In this document: one piece after another, positions 27,779-36,305 of the stretch
How the letters are laid out: each line of letters opens with the position of its first letter
How positions within the stretch are numbered: the first letter of the stretch is position 1
Assembly: GCA_018056765.1 (NCBI GenBank)
Contig: JAGPFA010000002.1
Coordinates: 6,590 to 70,589, forward strand
Length of the DNA: 64,000 nucleotides
Direction of reading: 5' to 3'
Origin: Syntrophaceae bacterium
Lineage (GTDB): Bacteria > Desulfobacterota > Syntrophia > Syntrophales > Smithellaceae
Made by a program: the position numbers and the translations under genes
Notes under the pieces: model-generated
The model's input: only the letters and a program-made list of their open reading frames with translations
What the model was told of the DNA's origin: nothing
Database searches by the model: none

Positions 27779-28090
27779 ATGATAGGCTACAAAAATTATA
27801 AACGAACACTGACTGATAGTTTACCCGCGCCACCTCAAGGCAAAACCGGCTGGCCGTGGGCTGAGGAATCAAGGCCGCTGCCGTCATTAATGCCTGATTA
27901 AAAAGAATGACAGAAGATAATTATTGTTTAACCGGCATATAATCAAGGCCAGTTTCTGAAAGAAACTATACGTTCTGTCTTGTTACAGAATTATCTAAAT
28001 CTAGAATACATAATAATGTATGGTGGCAGTACCGATAATTCTGTCGAAATTATCATCATTAATACAAATCAAAAACAGATATCGGGCTAA
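27779..28090 (+). pseudogene. remnant of a family 2 glycosyltransferase gene (N-terminal ~100 codons, three in-frame stops, truncated)
   Basis: A single frame reads 'MIGYK..GKTGWPWAEES..LMPD*KE*QKIIIV*PAYNQGQFLKETIRSVLLQNYLNLEYIIMYGGSTDNSVEII..'. This is the conserved GT2 N-terminus, interrupted by TAA, TGA and TAA. Confidence 0.7.
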
Positions 28091-28193
28091 AGCAAAGACG
28101 CTACCACCACACCAAATAAATTATGAGAAATACACTGACTATTCTAGCATAGGTATTACGAACGCGAGTTAATTAGCTGGAGCTAAAACGAAT

Positions 28194-29042
28194 ATGCCTT
28201 ATTTGTTATCCATCATTACACCGGTTCTCAATAATAAACGTTTTATCGAATCCTGCATTTTGAACGTTATCGAGCAAGATTGCCCTAAAATGGAGCATAT
28301 AATTATCGATGGGGAATCGACAGATGGTACCTTGGAAATCATCAAAGCGTACGCAGAGCGACACACACACATCAGATGGATATCAGAAAAAGATAAGGGG
28401 CAGTCCGACGCCATGAATAAAGGAGTCCGGATGGCTCAAGGCAACATACTGGGATTCCTCAATGTGGACGATTTTTATGAGAAGAACGTACTGAACCGGA
28501 TTGTGGAACTGTTCAAAACCCTTCCTGAACCAAGTCTACTGGTTGGTAATTGCTACCGATGGAATGATGCGGAAGAAATACATGAGGAGAACAAACCAGC
28601 AAAGCTCAACATTACTGATCTGATGCTGGGTTGGCGTATCAATCCATTCCCCGTCAATCCGTCCCAATATTTTTACCATAAATCACTCCATGAAACAATC
28701 GGCCCCTATAAAGTAGAGGAACACTTTACACTTGATATTGATTTCTTAATCAGGGCTGTGCAGGCCGCACACGTTACCTATCTTGATGAGTTTTGGGGAA
28801 ATTACAGATTTATTGAAGGGACTAAAACCTTTCAAGACACACAAAATAACCTCTGTACTCGGCGATTTGCATCTACTTTAAATGAATACAGAAAGCAACT
28901 CGCTCTTCATTTACGGATACTTATCGCCATTAAAAGACTGTGGTATGATACACTTTGGAACAATCGTTTAGCCAGGCTGTTGAGGATTCTAAAAATAAAT
29001 CCCAAAGATCTTTTCAGATTACTCCGTGACAAAATCAAATGA
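28194..29042 (+). CDS. family 2 glycosyltransferase
   Basis: 'SIITPVLNNKRFIESCILNVIEQDCPKMEHIIIDGESTDGTLEII'. Confidence 0.8.
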   Translation: MPYLLSIITPVLNNKRFIESCILNVIEQDCPKMEHIIIDGESTDGTLEIIKAYAERHTHIRWISEKDKGQSDAMNKGVRMAQGNILGFLNVDDFYEKNVLNRIVELFKTLPEPSLLVGNCYRWNDAEEIHEENKPAKLNITDLMLGWRINPFPVNPSQYFYHKSLHETIGPYKVEEHFTLDIDFLIRAVQAAHVTYLDEFWGNYRFIEGTKTFQDTQNNLCTRRFASTLNEYRKQLALHLRILIAIKRLWYDTLWNNRLARLLRILKINPKDLFRLLRDKIK

Positions 29043-29117
29043 TCAGAGTAGTTCCATAATGAGTGGAGCGAATCGACAGATAGCAGCAAGCAACATACAC
29101 TTCGTGAAGGTTACATC

Positions 29118-30173
29118 GTGAATTCCAAACCACTCGTAACAATCTTGATCTGTAACTACAATTACGGCCGCTTTCTTGCTGAAGCAATAGAAAGCGCGCT
29201 GGCTCAAACTTGGAAGAATATAGAGGTGATCGTTGTCGATGATGGTTCAACTGATGAATCCAGAGAAATCTTAACAAAATATAAAGGAAAAATTCGGATC
29301 ATTTTGAAAGAAAATGGCGGACAGGCTTCGGCATTTAATGCCGGCATTGCCAAAGCCCGGGGAGAGATTGTTTGTTTTTTGGATTCAGATGACATCTGCC
29401 ATCGAGATCGCGTATCCCGAGTTATTGAAAAATACAAACAAGGCAAATGGGGGCTGGTATGCCATGACCTTGATGTAATAGATGGTAATGGTACTTCAGT
29501 GAAAATGAAATGGACTCAATTTGCCGGCACAAATTTGATCGAGATATCAAAGACCGATATCATCATCAAACATAATTATGCATGGATATTCAGCCCTACC
29601 TCTGGAATGAGTCTACCTACAAAATTGGCCCACAAAATATTTCCCCTGCCCGCTGAAAAATGGAAAATCAGCGCTGACGAGCCACTGGCCTACGCGTCTG
29701 CCTGCCTTGATTCTGTTGGTGTGATTCCGGAAATATTAGGCTCTTACCGCCTGCATGGCAACAATCTTTTTGCCGATTTTCACAAAGATACAAATGCCCG
29801 GACAATAGCGGCAATCACCCATACAACCAGAAGGTTTTATTTCTGCAAACAATATGCCTCAGAAATGCATCAAGAACTGACGGACCTTAAAACGAACTAT
29901 TACTTTTATCGCAGATGTTGCTTAATTGCGAGGGAAAAGCCTTACCGCTACATCCTGCCGCTTGTGAAAAAAAACATACAGCATCACAAACTACAAGAGA
30001 GTTTACTTATGGCGTTTTTGAAAATACCTGCCTTTTTTGCCGCCGACGTAATGATCATTCTGAAACGCCTTTTGCTTAAATCAAGCCGCCACAACCTGTT
30101 AAAAACCAAATTCGACGAAGCTGCACAAAGCATGAATAAAGATCAGTTAGGGTATATCTTACATGATAAATAA
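29118..30173 (+). CDS. family 2 glycosyltransferase
   Basis: 'VTILICNYNYGRFLAEAIESALAQTWKNIEVIVVDDGSTDES' and a 'FLDSDD' DXD motif. GTG start. Confidence 0.8.
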   Translation: MNSKPLVTILICNYNYGRFLAEAIESALAQTWKNIEVIVVDDGSTDESREILTKYKGKIRIILKENGGQASAFNAGIAKARGEIVCFLDSDDICHRDRVSRVIEKYKQGKWGLVCHDLDVIDGNGTSVKMKWTQFAGTNLIEISKTDIIIKHNYAWIFSPTSGMSLPTKLAHKIFPLPAEKWKISADEPLAYASACLDSVGVIPEILGSYRLHGNNLFADFHKDTNARTIAAITHTTRRFYFCKQYASEMHQELTDLKTNYYFYRRCCLIAREKPYRYILPLVKKNIQHHKLQESLLMAFLKIPAFFAADVMIILKRLLLKSSRHNLLKTKFDEAAQSMNKDQLGYILHDK

Positions 30174-31056
30174 CGTTAAAATCAGTATCCTTATCGCTAC
30201 ACGAAATCGCTCTTCGTCACTTGCGCGACTAATCGATGCACTATCTGCACAGGTCGATTCTCCGCCCTTTGAAGTCATTGTCGGCGATAATGGGAGCAGT
30301 GATGATACACCTAGAGTAGTCGAAAACGCACGGGCTCAACTTAAAATCCATTATGTATACGAGGGGTGTCCTGGTAAAGGCCGGGCGCTGAACGCAGCTT
30401 TCAAGTTAGCCCAAGGTAATCTAATCGTATTTACCGACGATGATGTATTGCCACATAGGAATTGGCTTGCCCAATTGTATGCAACATCTCTCAAATATCC
30501 TGAGGTAAATATTTTTGGCGGCTTGATAGAAGTTAATTTTAAAGACGTTCCACATTGGATTCAGCGTTCCTACAATTTGATGGGACTGCTTACTTCTGCG
30601 CACAAGTGTGGGGATACGGACGTTATTTATCCATACGGCCAATACCCATTTGGTCCTAATATGGCTGTGCGGCGTCATCTGCTTATGGGGACGGATGCGC
30701 CCTATCCTGAACATTTAGGTCCCGGAACAAAGTATCCTGTTGGTGATGAAAGTGCGTTTTTTCTCCAATTCAGTTCACCCGGCGCCGGCGATCGCATCTT
30801 CACCCCTTCCGCTAAGGTTTTTCACCGGATAGAACCACATAATATGACCTTCAACAAAGTATTGCACCGTTGTTATGTTTCTGGTCGTGGGTCCGTACAT
30901 ATTCCATATTCCGGCTCGGCCCTCTTCTCTGACTCGCGCTCTTCAACATGGAATTTGATCTTTTCCCGAATGAAGTCTTCCAAGAGTCTCCGGGAACTAA
31001 TTTGTATATCCGCTCGCTATTGTGGTTATATCATCTCTAAAATAAAAAAATCATGA
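30163..31056 (+). CDS. family 2 glycosyltransferase
   Basis: 'ISILIATRNRSSSL...EVIVGDNGSSDDT' and 'VFTDDDV'. It overlaps the previous gene by 11 nt. Confidence 0.75.
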   Translation: MINNVKISILIATRNRSSSLARLIDALSAQVDSPPFEVIVGDNGSSDDTPRVVENARAQLKIHYVYEGCPGKGRALNAAFKLAQGNLIVFTDDDVLPHRNWLAQLYATSLKYPEVNIFGGLIEVNFKDVPHWIQRSYNLMGLLTSAHKCGDTDVIYPYGQYPFGPNMAVRRHLLMGTDAPYPEHLGPGTKYPVGDESAFFLQFSSPGAGDRIFTPSAKVFHRIEPHNMTFNKVLHRCYVSGRGSVHIPYSGSALFSDSRSSTWNLIFSRMKSSKSLRELICISARYCGYIISKIKKS

Positions 31057-31072
31057 GGCCATAGTTTTCTTA

Positions 31073-32212
31073 ATGAACATCCTTGTCCTCAGCAAGCGTC
31101 AATACATGAATAAAGATCTGATTGACGATCTATATGGCCGATTCAGAGAACTGCCGATGGCTCTAGCCGTGCTGGGGCATAAGGTAACGGGAGTATGCCT
31201 CAGCTACCGGACGCGTGACGAAGGCAGGCGCGATGATGTGACTGCCTCCGCCACAGTCAACTGGCACGCGTTAAATCTACGTCGCCTCCTTCCCTGGGGT
31301 GAGATGAGCTATCGGCATACGATTAACAGGATTGCCGGAGATTTCCATCCCGATCTCGTCTGGGCCTGCTCCGATGTTGTGCATGCGATCATGGGAGTCC
31401 ACGTCGCAAGAAATATCGGTGCCTCGCTGGTCATCGATTTATACGACAATTTTGAAAGCTTCGCTCTTACACGGATTCCAGGCGTAACTTCCATGTTTCG
31501 CCGGGCTCTTGCCAGGGCTGACGGGATCACCTGTGTAAGTCATCCACTTGCCCGGTACGTAAAGGAAACAAGCTCCTGTAAATGCCCAGTTGAGGTCATC
31601 GAAAACGCCGTACCTGAAGGTGTTTTTGCAACAATGGATCAAGCCGTCTCCCGCCGGGAGCTGGGCCTTCCGCAAGATGGAATTTTTATCGGTACGGCAG
31701 GAGCAATCTCCAGCTCAAGAGGCATTGAAACTCTGTTTAAGGCCTTTGAAATCCTGGCCCTGACGCACCCGCAAATACATCTTGTTTTGGCCGGTTCACG
31801 TGACAAGGGAATCGAGCTACCGCATAGCTCCAGAGTGCATTATCTCGGGGTGCTTCCTTCACAGATGGTTCCAACCTTTTTATCCACCTTGGACATCTCA
31901 GTAATTTGCAACCGCGATTCCGCCTTCGGCAGATACTGTTTCCCGCAGAAGTTTTATGAAAGCGTCGCTTGTGGCGTGCCTGTCGTAGCTGCCGGCGTAG
32001 GTTCACTGCTGGATCTGCACAAAGATATGCCACAAAATCTTTATCAACCGGATAATGTTGATAGCTTGGCCAATGCCTTGTCCGCACAAATTGCCCATCC
32101 GAATCCTTTACCGGTAAAGGTTCCTTCATGGATGGAGCTGGGTAAACAACTTGAACGGTTTTTTCATCTTGTGAAAGAAACAACAACTAAGAATGAAGAT
32201 ACACATCAATAA
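31073..32212 (+). CDS. family 4 glycosyltransferase
   Basis: GT-B-like layout. The C-terminal 'CFPQKFYESVACGVPVVAAGVGSL' resembles the GT4 EX7E region. Confidence 0.72.
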   Translation: MNILVLSKRQYMNKDLIDDLYGRFRELPMALAVLGHKVTGVCLSYRTRDEGRRDDVTASATVNWHALNLRRLLPWGEMSYRHTINRIAGDFHPDLVWACSDVVHAIMGVHVARNIGASLVIDLYDNFESFALTRIPGVTSMFRRALARADGITCVSHPLARYVKETSSCKCPVEVIENAVPEGVFATMDQAVSRRELGLPQDGIFIGTAGAISSSRGIETLFKAFEILALTHPQIHLVLAGSRDKGIELPHSSRVHYLGVLPSQMVPTFLSTLDISVICNRDSAFGRYCFPQKFYESVACGVPVVAAGVGSLLDLHKDMPQNLYQPDNVDSLANALSAQIAHPNPLPVKVPSWMELGKQLERFFHLVKETTTKNEDTHQ

Positions 32213-32361
32213 ATGAAAAAGCTGGTGTCGAAGTGCTCTCAGGAATGATTCAGCACTTTTGAATCGGCAAGCCCTTCATGCCACTTCCCGCCAAGTAAAA
32301 TATTCAGGAATCCAGCCGGCTTTACCCATACGGCATTTGCTGCAAGCCGGCCATATCTTAC

Positions 32362-33564
32362 TCATTTATTTCTCTTCTTAAGCAGTTCTCCGTATATTCC
32401 CATCAACTCGCCTGCCTTGGCGTTCCAGGAATAATTTTCTTCCACAAATCTCCTGCCCTCTGCTCCCATCTTTTCACGGAGTTCTTTATCTCCCAGCAAA
32501 ATGTTGATCTTTTCCGCCAGTTGTTCCGGCTGGGCGGGATTGACCAGAAATCCATTAATTCCGTCCCGAATGAGGTCCGGAATACCGCCGACTTTTGATC
32601 CGATACAAGGAGTTCCGCAGGCCATCGCCTCCAAAATCGTAACTCCCAGGCCTTCCGTCACCCCGTCCTTATCTATAATGGAAGGTTGAAGGTAGATATC
32701 GGCGCTTGTATAGTAAAAATTTGTCCGGCGCCAGGGGATATGTCCCAGAAAAGTAACCTCATTTTCCAAATCTTTATTACTGACAAGATGATCAAGGTCC
32801 TGCCGCTGGGGGCCGTCTCCGCCCACAAGGAGATGAGCGTTGAATTTTTTATTTACCAGACGCATAGCCTCAATAAGGTATTTGTGCCCCTTACATTCGA
32901 CAAGTCTGCCCAAAGTAAAAAGTATCGGTTTGCCCGTAACATCGGGGGGAAGAATATCCGTCTGTGCTTTCGTCGATGGCCTGCGTTGGAATTTATCTGT
33001 ATCAACACCTGGAGATACGACAGCAAATGCCGGCGGCGTGGTATATTTCATCGCATGTGACATGGTATAAGAGCTGTTAAAAACTACATAGTCTACGGTT
33101 TCCAGAAGAATTTTTTCTATTTTTGTAACGTCGCGCACAGAGCCATGGTGGATGTTCAAAACAATCGGTTTGCCCAGGATCCTGGCGGCGATAAGTCCGG
33201 CAATGCCCGCAATGGACCAGTGCGCGTGAATGATATCGCAACTGCGTGCATACCTGAGAGCATGAATGGTAAATAAAAAAACGAGGAGGGGAAGCTGAAG
33301 CTTTGTCCAGGGAAATTCCCTGATGTTATTGGGTATACCGCTCCCGTAGCAGAGTTTCTGGAGCTTTTCCGGAAGAAAATATCTGAAGCGATGTACCTCG
33401 ATGCCATTCATGTCTTCATGGTGCACGACACCATCATGATGGGGTGCAACGACACAGACAGCCGCTCCATGTTTGATCAGGTGTCTTGCCTGCTCCAGAA
33501 CAAACATGCCGGAAATATCACCTTTGCCCAGCGGGAAAGATGTGGTGAGAATACAGACCTTCAT
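32362..33564 (-). CDS. family 4 glycosyltransferase
   Basis: 'MKVCILTTSFP' and 'VTEGLGVTILEAMACGTPCIGSKVGGIPDLIRDGINGFLV'. Confidence 0.85.
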   Translation of the reverse strand: MKVCILTTSFPLGKGDISGMFVLEQARHLIKHGAAVCVVAPHHDGVVHHEDMNGIEVHRFRYFLPEKLQKLCYGSGIPNNIREFPWTKLQLPLLVFLFTIHALRYARSCDIIHAHWSIAGIAGLIAARILGKPIVLNIHHGSVRDVTKIEKILLETVDYVVFNSSYTMSHAMKYTTPPAFAVVSPGVDTDKFQRRPSTKAQTDILPPDVTGKPILFTLGRLVECKGHKYLIEAMRLVNKKFNAHLLVGGDGPQRQDLDHLVSNKDLENEVTFLGHIPWRRTNFYYTSADIYLQPSIIDKDGVTEGLGVTILEAMACGTPCIGSKVGGIPDLIRDGINGFLVNPAQPEQLAEKINILLGDKELREKMGAEGRRFVEENYSWNAKAGELMGIYGELLKKRNK

Positions 33565-33770
33565 TATTTAACCGCTAGTTTGGGAGATTGTGCCTTTTGA
33601 CGTACCTGGACTATATCTCCTCAATTTGGTTCATTTTGATAACATGCCCGCGACATAAAGTAAACGATCGGTATATTGTAAGTCAGGTGCCTCCATGGCT
33701 GTTATGGCAACGAAGCAAATGGCTTAAGTATCAGCAAGATGCTTCGGACTTTTAAATAATACATCCTCAA

Positions 33771-33860
33771 GTCATTCCCGCTGGTTGCTCGGCCTGTCGA
33801 AGCAGGCGGGAATCCAGTTATTTCAAAGCTTTCTGGATGCCGGCCTGCGCCGGCATGACG
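33771..33860. repeat. structured intergenic repeat, copy B (related family: GTCATTCCCGC...GCGGGAATCCAG...CTGGATGCCGGC..GCCGGCATGAC)
   Basis: It has the same terminal GTCATTCC / GGAATCCAG / CATGACG architecture as copies A and C, with nested hairpins. Confidence 0.6.
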
Positions 33861-34053
33861 AATAAGAGTAGTTTTTCAAAACTCTTACGGGGATTTTTTG
33901 AGAGGTTGAAGGATTAGTTTCAGCAAAATCTCCCCTAACCCCTCTTTAGAAAAGAGGGGGACAGACGCGGTGGTTCTTTGGAAAAGAGAGGGCTGATGCG
34001 TAGGATTTCTCGCAGCTCGCGCTCATCGAAATGACATTTTTGAAAGGTCTCCT

Positions 34054-34165
34054 GTCATTCCGGGCTTGACCCGGAATCCAGAAAGCACTTGATAAGACAG
34101 GATACCGGTTTTCACCGGTATGACGACATTGCCGGTTGGGCAAAGCTCTCATTATCCTATGGCGA
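34054..34165. repeat. structured intergenic repeat, copy C
   Basis: Near-identical blocks are shared with copy A at 21361-21490. Confidence 0.75.
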
Positions 34166-34421
34166 TGCCGGGGCAGAGTTTGTTCCGAAAGAAGAATTGC
34201 CTGATAGAAGACTCGACAAGTTTAATGTTTCATACATTTACTTGAACAAAACATTAAATTACCGCACGCTTTTCAATCCCTACCAGAGCCGCTACCTTCC
34301 ACCCCCACATCCTGTGCCTCATTTTAAAGAAAAATGAACCTCAGTCATCTCAAGAGATTAGGCAAGGTCTCTTTTTGTAAAGCAACGTATCATGGAAAAT
34401 ATATTACATAAATTCAGACCT

Positions 34422-34437
34422 TGGCATGCCTCATGCA
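34422..34437 (+). promoter_or_regulatory. candidate sigma54 (-24/-12) promoter upstream of atpE
   Basis: TGGCAT-N5-ATGCA places GG and GC at the canonical spacing (consensus TGGCAC-N5-TTGC), about 105 nt upstream of the start. A sigma70-like TTGCGT...TATGCA further downstream is an alternative. Confidence 0.28.
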
Positions 34438-34544
34438 ACAGGTTCGGCCTGTTGATGCGGATACTAATTCCACTTTGCGTAGTCAAAAAAATATGCTATG
34501 CAATCAGGAAAAAATAAATTAAAGGTCAGGAAAGGAGACAGATA

Positions 34545-34922
34545 ATGTCACGTAAACTCGGAAAAGCATCTCTAACAGCTCTTATGTCGGTGGCAGCCCT
34601 GGTATTAACAAGCCAGTTCGCTTTTGCGGCGGACGCCATCCCGGTAGGAGGAGAATCTTACATTAAGGTTATTTTTGCAGTTGGCGCCATGATTGGTGCC
34701 GGATTGGCAATCGGCTTGGGTGCGATCGGTGCGGGAGCCGGCATCGGTAATGCGGCCAACGGTGCCTGTCAGGCAGTGGGCAGAAACCCCGGCGTCCAGG
34801 GAAAGATCATGATGGTTATGCTCGTCGGTATGGCCATGGCTGAATCCATCGCCATTTATGCATTGGTTATCGCGCTGATCTTATTGTATGCCAATCCCTT
34901 CAAAGCTTTCTTTTTGGGTTAA
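34545..34922 (+). CDS. atpE: F-type ATP synthase subunit c with an N-terminal signal-peptide-like extension
   Basis: '[63 protein letters not shown]' is an unmistakable c-subunit hairpin. It is preceded by '[30 protein letters not shown]'. RBS GGAAAGGAG. Confidence 0.85.
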   Translation: [125 protein letters not shown]

Positions 34923-34972
34923 TCATTGAAAAAGTTAACTTTAAACTCAAGAAAGGTTAGGGGGAGCTCATA

Positions 34973-36283
34973 ATGTCAGAAACTAAAAAGGATATCAAGT
35001 CATTACCTATTGCAGGAATATTCATCCTGCTTATCGTAATCCCCTTATCACTAATGGCGTTTCTAATCGCTAACGGAATGTTTAAGCTCGGGGTTACAAT
35101 AAAAGATAGGGCGGTGAACGTTCTCGACACCAAGTCTCAGGAAGACATAAAAGCGAGGGCCGTCAACACGGCAAATCAGGTCGCCAGCCTACTTATGGAG
35201 TGTCAAAAAGACCTGCAGGTCGCAACTATAATTCCCTCAACAGAAACCGTATACAAACAGTTTATTTCTGAAAACAAAAAACCTCTTTGGTTAAAGCGTG
35301 ACGGCAATATCCAACAGATGCTGGTGCCACTGTATTCTGAAATCGCTCTGATTGACAAATACGGCAAGGAAAAGGTCAAGGTGGCAAAGGGTCAGGTAGT
35401 GCCGGCCGACAAACTCGTCGATGTGAGCATTCCGGCCAACACGACATATAAAAGAGAAGATTATTTTGCCAAAACCAAAAACCTGGCCAGAGGTGAAATC
35501 TATGTCTCACCTGTGACCGGCTGGTATGTGAATAAGGCTGCTTTTGAAAAAGGCGAGCGCTTTAACGGTGTTGTGCGCTTCGCTACTCCGGTTTTCGATC
35601 AGGACGGATTTTCGGGAATTCTGGTTTTGTCTCTTGATTATCGCCATCTTGCCCAGTTTACGGATCAGCTGATTCCGACACAGGCAGAAAGGGTTTTTGA
35701 AGCTAACGCGGCTACGGGTAACTATGCCTATATGGTCGACTATCGTGGCTTTGTGGTTTCCCATCCCGCCGACTACCATATTGTCGGCCTCCAGCCCAAC
35801 GGGGCACCGGTACCCACAGTCTCTAAAGAGAATGCAGCGGAACTTGCCGAAAAAGGAGCCGAGGCGCTCAATATGTTCCAGATGAGTTTTCTGGATAACA
35901 ACATATTTAATATCGCCAAAGAAGCAGCCACGGGAAAAACGGGGATTCTCACATACAAGTTCGAAGGTCTCACCAAGTTCGTCGCATATGCACCCATTAA
36001 GTTTTATGCGTCAAACATCCCGGAACCTGCCGGCTTCGGATGGATCGGTCTTGGACTGGAAGTTGAGAAATACAATGAACAAGCCGCGAAAGTGGCTCAA
36101 AATATTGAAAAAGAATCAAAGGCCTGGACAGCCACCGTTATTCTGGTGCTGATCATCGCCATGGTCATATTATTCTTCATCATGCTGATTCTGGTACGCG
36201 GTATCAGCCGTTCCTTGAGAGCGGAAATCCCGCAAGGATCCGAAGGCGATCTGGCCGGTCTGCATGACGACGATGATGACTAA
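34973..36283 (+). CDS. membrane protein: TM helix, double-Cache-like periplasmic domain, TM helix, then a short acidic tail; no output domain
   Basis: An N-terminal TM helix is followed by about 340 periplasmic residues with Cache-type motifs ('GEIYVSPV', 'VVRFATPVFDQDGFSGILVLSLDY', 'GNYAYMVDYRGFVVSHP'). A second TM helix follows, then about 30 residues ending 'HDDDDD'. Confidence 0.65.
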   Translation: MSETKKDIKSLPIAGIFILLIVIPLSLMAFLIANGMFKLGVTIKDRAVNVLDTKSQEDIKARAVNTANQVASLLMECQKDLQVATIIPSTETVYKQFISENKKPLWLKRDGNIQQMLVPLYSEIALIDKYGKEKVKVAKGQVVPADKLVDVSIPANTTYKREDYFAKTKNLARGEIYVSPVTGWYVNKAAFEKGERFNGVVRFATPVFDQDGFSGILVLSLDYRHLAQFTDQLIPTQAERVFEANAATGNYAYMVDYRGFVVSHPADYHIVGLQPNGAPVPTVSKENAAELAEKGAEALNMFQMSFLDNNIFNIAKEAATGKTGILTYKFEGLTKFVAYAPIKFYASNIPEPAGFGWIGLGLEVEKYNEQAAKVAQNIEKESKAWTATVILVLIIAMVILFFIMLILVRGISRSLRAEIPQGSEGDLAGLHDDDDD

Positions 36284-36305
36284 TTAAAAATTTATGTCTC
36301 ACTGT

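Noticed and set aside
33946-34152. 68-aa minus-strand ORF ('...FWIPGQARNDRRPF...').
   Set aside because: It is composed of the palindromic repeat elements. The peptide motif is the well-known translation artefact of GGAATCCAG/GTCATTCC-type repeats.
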